This document shows positions 56,999 through 64,000 of a DNA stretch of 64,000 bases, in pieces; within the stretch, counting starts at the first letter, position 1; every line of letters begins with the position of its first letter. Made by a program: the position numbers and the translations under genes. The DNA comes from an uncultured Chloroflexia bacterium (GTDB lineage: Bacteria; Chloroflexota; Dormibacteria; Aeolococcales; Aeolococcaceae). The notes below the pieces were generated by a model that saw only the letters and a program-made list of their open reading frames with translations, ran no database searches and was not told where the DNA came from. Location of the stretch: positions 28,656 through 92,655 of the forward strand of contig CAVOOO010000009.1 of assembly GCA_963697585.1 (NCBI GenBank). Reading direction: 5' to 3'.

Positions 56999-57160
56999 TC
57001 ACAGGCTGAAGCGGCGGCGACCGCGGCCGCGCGGCCGGACGATCAGCACCACGAGCCAGACGCCCAGGGCCAGGAGGCCCACCCAGACCAGGGTGTGCAG
57101 CGCGAATCCGAGCAGGAAGAGGACGACGATGAGGGCGAGAAAGAGGAGCATTGTGCGCAT
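56999..57160 (-). CDS. Small hydrophobic two-TM protein (53 aa, below track cutoff)
   Basis: MRTMLLFLALIVVLFLLGFALHTLVWVGLLALGVWLVVLIVRPRGRGRRRFSL; AAGGA RBS. Confidence 0.7.
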   Translation of the reverse strand: MRTMLLFLALIVVLFLLGFALHTLVWVGLLALGVWLVVLIVRPRGRGRRRFSL

Positions 57161-57286
57161 CGGAGGATCCTTCTTGCGATGAGAGTTGGGGTTGCCGTTA
57201 CGGGTTGACCGATTCCATCCGGCCCTTCAGCCGCGCTCGGAACCGGACGCGGTGCCGGACGCGGCCGCATGGGGGGTGTGGGGAAA

Positions 57287-57727
57287 TCAGATGGACCGCC
57301 TGGCGCGCTGATCGGTGCTCATCGACACCACCTTGACGAGCACCGTTGCCGCGATGGCATAGACCACGGCGGCCAGGATGTCCGCCCAGACGATCACCGT
57401 GCCCGAGGTGGTGGAGGCCGTCTTGAAGATGCCCGCGAAGGGCGCGGCCAGGGCTCCACCGATGCTGTAGACGAAGGCTCCAAAGCCCACGTCGGCGGCT
57501 CCGGCCGCACGGAAGATGAAGTCGAATCCGAGGAAGATGAAGACGATGCCCGCGGCCAGGCCGATGATGCGAGCGGCCAGGGGTCTGCCCGACCACGCCT
57601 GCGTCGAGCTCCGCCGGGTTGCCACGCCGGTGGCCGGGTCCGACGTCGTCCGCGTCGTGCTGGTCACCCCCCGGTAGTCCTGACCCTCGCTGCTCACCAC
57701 CCGCTCCTGCGTCTGCATGTCGGCCAC
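57287..57727 (-). CDS. Hypothetical membrane protein (YggT-like C-terminal half)
   Basis: AAGGAGG RBS before GTG 57727; Thr-rich N-terminus; FRAAGA...GALAAPFAGIF; three hydrophobic segments. Confidence 0.65.
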   Translation of the reverse strand: MADMQTQERVVSSEGQDYRGVTSTTRTTSDPATGVATRRSSTQAWSGRPLAARIIGLAAGIVFIFLGFDFIFRAAGAADVGFGAFVYSIGGALAAPFAGIFKTASTTSGTVIVWADILAAVVYAIAATVLVKVVSMSTDQRARRSI

Positions 57728-57785
57728 CTGGGCCTCCTTGGGGATCTCCCCTCGGGGCCTCCGAAACTGAGGCTCCCTGTGATCC

Positions 57786-58157
57786 TCACTCTGCCGTCGG
57801 GGTCGCAACAACCGCAGCAACGGCGCTCTGTGAGAGGGGGGATTGCGGCTGGTGGGCCCGCACCCGCGCCTCCCAGAATCCGAGCCTGATTCGGAAACGG
57901 TCGGCCTGGGCGACCACCACCGGGACGTTGGTCAGCTCGACCTCTCGCCGCGCCTGGCGCGACTGCGATGCCATGAGCTGGCGGATGCGCTCGAGGACGG
58001 CTTCCTCCATGGCCAGGATCTCGGTGTAGATGCCCCTCCAGAAGAGCGCCAGCTCGAGGGGGGCGGTCGCCGGGTCGGGCTCGTCGTCCATCCCCAGGGA
58101 GACATCCCCGCCCCGGGTCGCGGCCACGATATCGGGTCTCGCCTGGTGGGAGTCCAT
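57786..58157 (-). CDS. Stand-alone helical protein homologous to the N-terminal domain of the divergent regulator
   Basis: DPATAPLELALFWRGIYTEIL...LERIR...AQADRFRIRLGFWEAR aligns with the N-terminus of 58279..58839. Confidence 0.72.
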   Translation of the reverse strand: MDSHQARPDIVAATRGGDVSLGMDDEPDPATAPLELALFWRGIYTEILAMEEAVLERIRQLMASQSRQARREVELTNVPVVVAQADRFRIRLGFWEARVRAHQPQSPLSQSAVAAVVATPTAE

Positions 58158-58278
58158 GGGTCCGGGATACACCCACCGCCGCAAGAAGTTCAGCAACTGA
58201 CCGCACCCGGCGCTCGAGGGGCCGGGCGTCCGGGCCCCCTTGGGGAGCCGTCGCGGGGTGCGGTATAGTCGTTGCATA

Positions 58279-58839
58279 GTGGCAGATGAAGCAATCACGC
58301 CAGCGCGCGGGCCTCTATCGGGAGAGGACATCGCGACGGAGCACTGGGAGGACGCGCGCCACTGGATGAGCATCTACGACGATCTGATCCGCTTCAAGCT
58401 GGGCCTGCTCGAGCGGGTGAGGAGGGAGTTGCCGAAGCTGCACCCCGTGGCCCGAGCCGCGGCCGATGTTGACGTCGCCTTCATCGAAGCCCAGATGGCC
58501 GGATACCACGCCCGGCTCGACCTCTGGTACCAGCGGGTGTGGCAGCTCCACGGGCTGTGGCTGGACCCCGATGGACGGGTGGTGCGCCACCAGGGGAAGG
58601 AGGCCGCGCTCACCGTGCGGGAGTTCGAGCTCCTGCAGTTCCTGCTGGAGCATCCGCACCGCTTCTACACCACGTCGCAGATCGCCGGTTACGCGTGGTC
58701 AGACTCCGCACTGATGCCCGAGGAGGTCCGCAACTACGTCACGCGGGTCAGGAGGATCCTTGCTCGGCTGGAGATCCCCTGTGACCTGATCAACCGACCC
58801 GGTCACGGCTACTCGCTGACCTTCCGCGATGCCGGCTAA
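58279..58839 (+). CDS. Regulator with an unrecognised helical N-domain and an OmpR/PhoB-type winged helix; no receiver domain
   Basis: LTVREFELLQFLLEHP...AW...VRNYVTRVRRIL...NRPGHGY; TATAGT hexamer 9 nt before GTG 58279. Confidence 0.85.
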   Translation: MADEAITPARGPLSGEDIATEHWEDARHWMSIYDDLIRFKLGLLERVRRELPKLHPVARAAADVDVAFIEAQMAGYHARLDLWYQRVWQLHGLWLDPDGRVVRHQGKEAALTVREFELLQFLLEHPHRFYTTSQIAGYAWSDSALMPEEVRNYVTRVRRILARLEIPCDLINRPGHGYSLTFRDAG

Positions 58840-58887
58840 CCGGCTGGCCGCGGGGAGTGCTCGCACCCTGCTCAGAACGGCCCGGGG

Positions 58888-59964
58888 TCAGGCGGCGCCC
58901 GGCTCCGCCACTCCCCGAGGCAGGCCCTCGGATTGCGTCAGCCGCCCGGCCACCAGGACCGCCTCATCGAAGAGGGCCTCGGCGCCGACGATGTTGGCCT
59001 CCGCCCCCGAGCGCGGGCTGACGCAATTCCCGTCGACGCCGTCGCCCACCCGTCCCTCGCGGCGGTCATACACCGGGCGTCCGGCCGGGTTCCGCCCGTC
59101 GAACCAGGCGCGCGAGAGCGCGGCCAGGCGCTCGAAGGCGGGGTCTCCGGTCGTCTCCGCCAGCCGGCTCAGCGTGTAGACGGCGGAGGCGACGTCATAC
59201 GGCTGGACGCGCGCCAGGTCGAATCCGCTCCTGACCGCGTCCGCAAACACCAGGTCCGCGCTCCGGCCCGCGACGGCCAGCCACTCCTTGCGGTCCAGCC
59301 GGGCCGCGACCTCGGCGAGCACACCCTCCTGAATATGACCCCAGAGGTGAGGTGCGCCGCGCTCGTCCGGCGAGTTCATCAGCATCTCGGCGTCGCGGCA
59401 GCTCAGCAGCTCCTCCGTCCAGATCGGGAGCCGCTCACCCAGGCCGTGGTCCTCCGGCCGGCCGGCGAGCGCCAGCGCGGCCCGGATGTGGAGGGCGCGC
59501 ACGTCACTGGCCACCTCCACGGCCGCCAGGATGTGAGGGACGCCCCGGCGCAGGGCGGGCTCGATGCGCTCGTCATCCAGGATCGGGGCCGCATGGGCCA
59601 GTGCCAGCACGGCTCGGGCCTGCCAGAAGTGGCCCCCGGCCGCCGAGGTGCGCCCGGTCTGATTGGGTGTCCCCTCCCAGTCGAGGATGAAGTTCAGCCA
59701 CTGCCCGTCGGCGTCCTGCAGGGCGAGCACGAAGTCGAGCAGCCCGTCGCACCACCGTCGCAGCCACGGCAGCCGCGTCGTCTCCCAGAGGGCGCAGTAC
59801 AGATCGAGGGCGCGGGCGGCGTCGTCGACGCAGGCGACCCCTTCGTACCCGGCCTCATGGGCCCGAACCGGCTCGTTCAGGCCATCGGCGTAGACGGCGA
59901 GCGCCAGGGCCCGGTCCCCGGCAAATGGGACGCTCCGCCCCAGCCGCGCGAGCTGTCTCAGCAC
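58888..59964 (-). CDS. Six-hairpin glycosidase-like hypothetical protein resembling the usual C-terminal domain of this GT4 family
   Basis: GTG overlaps the upstream stop; ACVDDAARAL, WLNF, FWQARAVLAL, WFDGRN...YD...GRVGDG...SGAEA. Confidence 0.72.
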   Translation of the reverse strand: MLRQLARLGRSVPFAGDRALALAVYADGLNEPVRAHEAGYEGVACVDDAARALDLYCALWETTRLPWLRRWCDGLLDFVLALQDADGQWLNFILDWEGTPNQTGRTSAAGGHFWQARAVLALAHAAPILDDERIEPALRRGVPHILAAVEVASDVRALHIRAALALAGRPEDHGLGERLPIWTEELLSCRDAEMLMNSPDERGAPHLWGHIQEGVLAEVAARLDRKEWLAVAGRSADLVFADAVRSGFDLARVQPYDVASAVYTLSRLAETTGDPAFERLAALSRAWFDGRNPAGRPVYDRREGRVGDGVDGNCVSPRSGAEANIVGAEALFDEAVLVAGRLTQSEGLPRGVAEPGAA

Positions 59965-62360
59965 CGGGTCATCTGGTCGAGGATGGCCTGAACCTCGAAG
60001 TCCGCGGCCGCGACGCAGCGGTCGGCGGCCCCGTAGTACACGCGGATCCGCTCTGCGCGAGGGTCGAGGGGAACCAGTCCGCAGGCGAAGACGGCGTCGT
60101 TGAAGACGCCGACGCGCTCGTAGGGTTCCGTCGGCGTGAGGATCGGCTTCGGGGATCTCGCGATGACTTGGCTGGGGTCCTCGCTGTCGAGCAGAAGCGC
60201 CCCGAGCGCGTACCGTGTCTCGCGATCCACGCCGTGGTAGATCTCCAGCCAGCCGCCGGCGACTCGGAAAGGCGGCGCGCTCGCGCCGGTGCGCAGCTCG
60301 TCCCACATCCCCGGACGGGGAAGCGCGAGTGGAGCGTGACCACCCCAGTGGACCAGGTCGTCGGAGAACGCGATCCAGATGCCGAGCACCCGGCCGAAGG
60401 ACTGGGGCATGGGTCGGGTCAGGGCGGCGAAGCGACCGCCGACACGCTCCGGGAAGAGCGCGACGTCCTTGTGGTCCGGCAGGAACATGAGACCGTGACG
60501 CTCGAAGGAGCGGAAGTCGGTGGTGGTGAGCCGGCTGGTGCTGATGCCGAGGCGGCCGACCGAGACGTAGGTGACGTTCCAGACACCGTCGATGAGGGTG
60601 GCTCGGGGGTCCTCGCAGCCGTACTCCTCGAAGCGGGTCGTGGGGGGGACCATCGGATGGTCCTCCACCTCGAAGTGGACGCCGTCGCGGCTCCGCGCCA
60701 CCCGGAGGTGGGACATCTGGGTGAGGAAGTCGCTGACGTCGTCCGCCGCCGCGGTGAATCCACCGGCCAGGTTGCGGTAGCGGATGGCCCGCGGATCGGT
60801 GAGGTCGAGGCCCGGGGTGCTGCGCGGGATGAACACCGGGACGACGCGGTTCGGTGTGTGCTCGGTGTCGAGGAAGGCGATGCCGACGACCTCCTCGGCG
60901 GTGTACCCGGGGGCCAGCGGCTTGAGCTCCGGCTCGGGCGCGGCCAGATCCAGGGTGAGAGCATCCGCCGGGGGCACGGCGCCGGCGCATGGGCGCTCCC
61001 CGACGCGGAGCAGGAGCACGACCTCGTCCTCGACCCTGGCCGCGGCCGCATTGAAGACGGAGACGACCTCGAGGCCGGGGAGCGACGGGGTCACATCCGC
61101 CGGTGTGAGGATCGGATTCTCCGCCAGGCGCTGCGCCAGCGGTGGCGCGGATGCCCGGCCCTTGTGCACCCGGGCTCGAATCGCCGAGCGGTGGGGCAGG
61201 CCGCTCACCACGTCGAGGAATGCGCGTGCCGATCGGGGCCAGGTCGCCTCGTGCGCGTAGTCGAACGCCGCCTGCTCGAACCGCTGCTTGGCAGCCGGGT
61301 TGTCGAGGATCCCGGAGACGGCGCCGGCGAGCTGGTCGGGATCACGAAAGTCGACCAGCACGCCGCGGCCGTCGCTCAGCGCCTCGGTGGCGTGCAGGTA
61401 CGGCGTGGACACCACCGCCTTCCCGGCGCCGAGCGCGTAGGAGAGGGTGCCGCTGGTGATCTGGTTGGGGTCGAGATAGGGGGTCACGTAGACGTCGGTG
61501 GCGAGCAGGAGCTCGACGATGTCTCGCTGGGTCATGTAGCTGTCGATGAAGGCGACGTGGTCGTCGAGCCCCAGGGAGTGGGCCTCGGCGACCAGGCTGT
61601 TTCGGTATGTCTCGCCCTGGGTCCGTAGCAGGTCGGGGTGGGTCTGGCCGGCGATCAGGTAGAGGGCCCCGGGGTGGTGAGTGACCACCTCGGACATCGC
61701 CTCGATCATGTACTGGAGACCCTTGCGGGGATCGACCAGGCCGAAGGTGGAGATCAGCGGCCGGCCTTCGACGCCGAGCTTGGCCTTGAACCGCTGACGG
61801 CCGTGCGGCTCGATCACCGGCATCCCGTGGGGGATGACCCGGGGCGGCTTGGTGAGGCCGTAGTCGGTGGCGAAGATCTCAACGGCGCGCGAGGCCATCA
61901 CGATCACCTCGTCGCTGAGGGCGGCGACGCCCCTCACCGCCTCGCGGATGGAAGGCGACGGATTGGGGAGGACCGTGTGCATGGTCGTCACCACCGGCTT
62001 GCGGAGCTCCTCGAGGAAGGGCCGGAGATGGTCCTCGTAGGCGCCGTCGGTCATGGTGCCGGCGACCAGGCGCGGCGCCGTCCAGACGCCGTAGAGGCCG
62101 AACTCGTGCTGCACGTTGACGGCGTCGGCATTCGAGCTGTTGATCGCTCGGGCGGCGTTGCGGTAGGAGTCGGCATTGCCCTGGCGTATCCGCCAGCGCA
62201 CCTCGGACGGGTAGGGCCGGAGCACGGTCGGCTCCTCGATGGCCGCGACCCGGCAGGTGACCGATGGATCGGTGGCGCGGATCGCGGCGATGAGGCTCGC
62301 CGAGAAGGTGGCGATGCCGCATCGGCGGGGTACGGCTGAGGACACCACGGCGAGGCGCAT
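59958..62360 (-). CDS. GT4 glycosyltransferase (mannosyltransferase-like) fused to a GH130 domain
   Basis: N-terminal PRRCGIATF, VQHEFGLYG, TFGLVDPRKG, QITSGTLSYALGAGKAVVSTPY; C-terminal VFNAAA, YGCEDPRAT, KDVALFPE, WLEIYHGV, VYYGAAD; single 800-aa frame. Confidence 0.9.
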   Translation of the reverse strand: MRLAVVSSAVPRRCGIATFSASLIAAIRATDPSVTCRVAAIEEPTVLRPYPSEVRWRIRQGNADSYRNAARAINSSNADAVNVQHEFGLYGVWTAPRLVAGTMTDGAYEDHLRPFLEELRKPVVTTMHTVLPNPSPSIREAVRGVAALSDEVIVMASRAVEIFATDYGLTKPPRVIPHGMPVIEPHGRQRFKAKLGVEGRPLISTFGLVDPRKGLQYMIEAMSEVVTHHPGALYLIAGQTHPDLLRTQGETYRNSLVAEAHSLGLDDHVAFIDSYMTQRDIVELLLATDVYVTPYLDPNQITSGTLSYALGAGKAVVSTPYLHATEALSDGRGVLVDFRDPDQLAGAVSGILDNPAAKQRFEQAAFDYAHEATWPRSARAFLDVVSGLPHRSAIRARVHKGRASAPPLAQRLAENPILTPADVTPSLPGLEVVSVFNAAAARVEDEVVLLLRVGERPCAGAVPPADALTLDLAAPEPELKPLAPGYTAEEVVGIAFLDTEHTPNRVVPVFIPRSTPGLDLTDPRAIRYRNLAGGFTAAADDVSDFLTQMSHLRVARSRDGVHFEVEDHPMVPPTTRFEEYGCEDPRATLIDGVWNVTYVSVGRLGISTSRLTTTDFRSFERHGLMFLPDHKDVALFPERVGGRFAALTRPMPQSFGRVLGIWIAFSDDLVHWGGHAPLALPRPGMWDELRTGASAPPFRVAGGWLEIYHGVDRETRYALGALLLDSEDPSQVIARSPKPILTPTEPYERVGVFNDAVFACGLVPLDPRAERIRVYYGAADRCVAAADFEVQAILDQMTRC

Positions 62361-62402
62361 CGACGCCCGCGAGCCTCTAGCCCGGGATGCGATGGGACGT
62401 CC

Positions 62403-62882
62403 TCATCGGGTCACCCCGGCCTGGCCCTCGGCGCAGCTCTCGCAGAGGCTGCGGTTGGGAGCGAGGCCGGGCTCTGAGCCGTCGACCGGGATGGCGACGC
62501 TGACGAAGCCGAAGCCCAGGTCGTCCTTGCCGCACGCCCGGCAGCTGGCCGAGTTCACCAGCGTGTTGAACCGGAACTGCTCGCCTCCGATGACGAGGCC
62601 GCGCTGGGGATGAGGATTGAAGCTCGCGGCCGGGATCAGGTGGCGGGCGGGGTCGCGGCGCTCTTCGGGCCCCGCCGGCGACGCGACCTGGTCGCGAAGG
62701 ACCTGCAGCTGGGCGGTGGCGCTGTTGCGCCGGACGGCGACCACCGGCACCGGCAGGCCGTCGACGCTCGTGTAGCCGGGGACGGGGTGGGGGAGCGGCT
62801 GCCAGCCGGCGGGCGCGCTCTGGTGGTGCTGACCTGCTCCCGGCAGCCAGCCACGAAGAAGCTGGGTCAGGTTAGTCGCCAC
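62403..62882 (-). CDS. Hypothetical protein with CxxC...CxxC motif, overlapping the Phd-like gene
   Basis: GTG 62882 overlaps the Phd-like stop (62872-62874); CRAC and CESC motifs; 159 aa. Confidence 0.6.
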   Translation of the reverse strand: MATNLTQLLRGWLPGAGQHHQSAPAGWQPLPHPVPGYTSVDGLPVPVVAVRRNSATAQLQVLRDQVASPAGPEERRDPARHLIPAASFNPHPQRGLVIGGEQFRFNTLVNSASCRACGKDDLGFGFVSVAIPVDGSEPGLAPNRSLCESCAEGQAGVTR

Positions 62883-63198
62883 GGTGGCTGCCGCGAAGAC
62901 GCGCCGGCGCCGGCGAGGGACGTGGGTCGGGGAAGTCGCCGGCAGCATCGCGGGCGCGCTGCCAGTCGGCGCCTCGCGTGCGCCCGGCGGCCAGGTCCGG
63001 GTCGGCCTCGGCGCCGACCCTGGTGGCGGCAGGGGCCTGGCCTAGCAGCCAGTCCTCGAGGGCGGTCTCGTCGATGGGAAGGAGCGCGGCCACCGGCCTG
63101 CCGTTGCGCGTCACCAGCGCCGGGCGTCCGGACGACTGGACGCCCTGGATCACCGAGGCCGTGTTGCGGGCCAGCTCGCGGAGGGTGACGGTCGCCAT
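62872..63198 (-). CDS. Phd/YefM (prevent-host-death) family antitoxin-like protein
   Basis: MATVTLRELARNTASVIQGVQSSGRPALVTRNGRPVAALLPI; C-terminal ADPDLAAGRT. Confidence 0.85.
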   Translation of the reverse strand: MATVTLRELARNTASVIQGVQSSGRPALVTRNGRPVAALLPIDETALEDWLLGQAPAATRVGAEADPDLAAGRTRGADWQRARDAAGDFPDPRPSPAPARLRGSHRGD

Positions 63199-63221
63199 GT
63201 GTGGAGTGTACGCTAATTCGT

Positions 63222-63235
63222 CAGACAATTGTCTG
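63222..63235. promoter_or_regulatory. Perfect 14-bp palindrome CAGACAATTGTCTG, candidate autoregulatory operator
   Basis: Lies 12 bp upstream of a TACACT hexamer, which sits 6 nt before the Phd-like ATG. Confidence 0.65.
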
Positions 63236-63396
63236 TCAGGGTGGCCTGGCCCCGCTGCCGAGAGGGCCGCGGTGGCGGCGACGAGAGTTCCACGGTGGCG
63301 GCCACTCCCGTCCCCGCATCCCCCTTCCTGGCCGGTGATCACCCGCCGATCCTCCCCCCGGGGGCCCCGCCGGACTCGCGGGACGTTCCCGCCGGG

Positions 63397-63924
63397 TCAG
63401 GGAGCGAGCGTCGGCAGCGTGCTGCTCGAGAGCAGGGTGTCGCAGAGGATCTCGGTCTCCGCGGGGCTGCCGCCCTTGGCGGTGTAGATGCGCGCGGTGA
63501 TCTCACCGCCCTCGTAGGTCACGTGGCACTCCGGGACGCTCTCGTACTGGCCGGCGGGGACGGTGGAGATCGCCACCCAGTCGGAGCTGCCCTCGAGGGT
63601 GCTGCAGATCGAGTTCGCGTTGGTCGCATCGGAGCCCGCGACCGTGAGGTAGGCGATGATCGAGCCGCCGCTGCTTCCGGAAGCCGCGCAGACGGAGTTC
63701 TGGTCGGGGTTGGCGGAGGTGTCGCCGGCGCCGCCGGTGACGCCGGCCACCGGCCCTGACTTCGCGGTCGCCGATGGGGAGGCGGTCGACGGAGAGGTGG
63801 TGGTGGCGGTCGGAGCCGTCGTGGCCGGCGTGCTGACCGACGCAGCCGTGCTCCCGCAGCCGGCGGCAGCGAGGGCGGCAACTCCCAATCCCCACACCGC
63901 GATGAGAAGACGCGCCCGTTTCAC
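63397..63924 (-). CDS. Hypothetical lipoprotein
   Basis: LAAAGC lipobox, Thr/Ser/Pro linker, four further Cys. Confidence 0.7.
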   Translation of the reverse strand: MKRARLLIAVWGLGVAALAAAGCGSTAASVSTPATTAPTATTTSPSTASPSATAKSGPVAGVTGGAGDTSANPDQNSVCAASGSSGGSIIAYLTVAGSDATNANSICSTLEGSSDWVAISTVPAGQYESVPECHVTYEGGEITARIYTAKGGSPAETEILCDTLLSSSTLPTLAP

Positions 63925-64000
63925 GCCCAGCCCTTCCAATCTCGAGATCATGCCGGCCCACCGGTGGTCACCGCGCGGCGGGCCGCGGGCCACCCGGGCG

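Noticed and set aside
59925-61628. 567-aa plus-strand ORF
   Set aside because: Antisense to the GT4-GH130 gene, with no motifs of its own.
1-64000. Mobile elements, prophage, rRNA, tRNA
   Set aside because: I recognised no transposase, integrase, phage structural gene, terminal inverted repeats or RNA-gene signature.

Overview
Very GC-rich bacterial chromosomal DNA with an accessory, soil-bacterium type gene mix (Actinomycetota- or Ca. Dormibacterota-like; taxonomy cannot be fixed from this window). About 65 CDS: one-component regulators (TetR x2, GntR, MocR, MarR, ArsR-like x2) beside their likely targets, MFS/ABC/EamA/LysE/SulP transporters, four RibD-C/DHFR-like paralogues, several secreted or lipoprotein hypotheticals, DipZ, LhgO, an ECF42-like sigma locus and a DesK/DesR-like two-component + ABC operon. 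I recognised no rRNA, tRNA, CRISPR, transposase or phage genes. Seven genes in the first 26 kb carry apparent single frameshifts, possibly sequencing errors. Best leads: (1) a 53.4-62.4 kb mannose/mannoside cluster with a GT4-GH130 fusion, a stand-alone six-hairpin-like protein, a second GH130, a eukaryote-type HAD phosphomannomutase and PMI; (2) inside it, a divergent gene pair sharing an unrecognised helical domain, once alone and once fused to an OmpR-type winged helix with no receiver domain; (3) an ATL (PWHRV)-AlkA-family glycosylase fusion; (4) back-to-back TGTCCA-N14-GTTCGTC promoter-like motifs feeding two small ORFs in the ECF42-like locus; (5) a DedA-RDD-ArsR-HTH fusion; (6) a Phd/YefM-like antitoxin coupled to an unrecognised CxxC/CxxC protein. 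All calls come from reading motifs by eye; no database searches were run.
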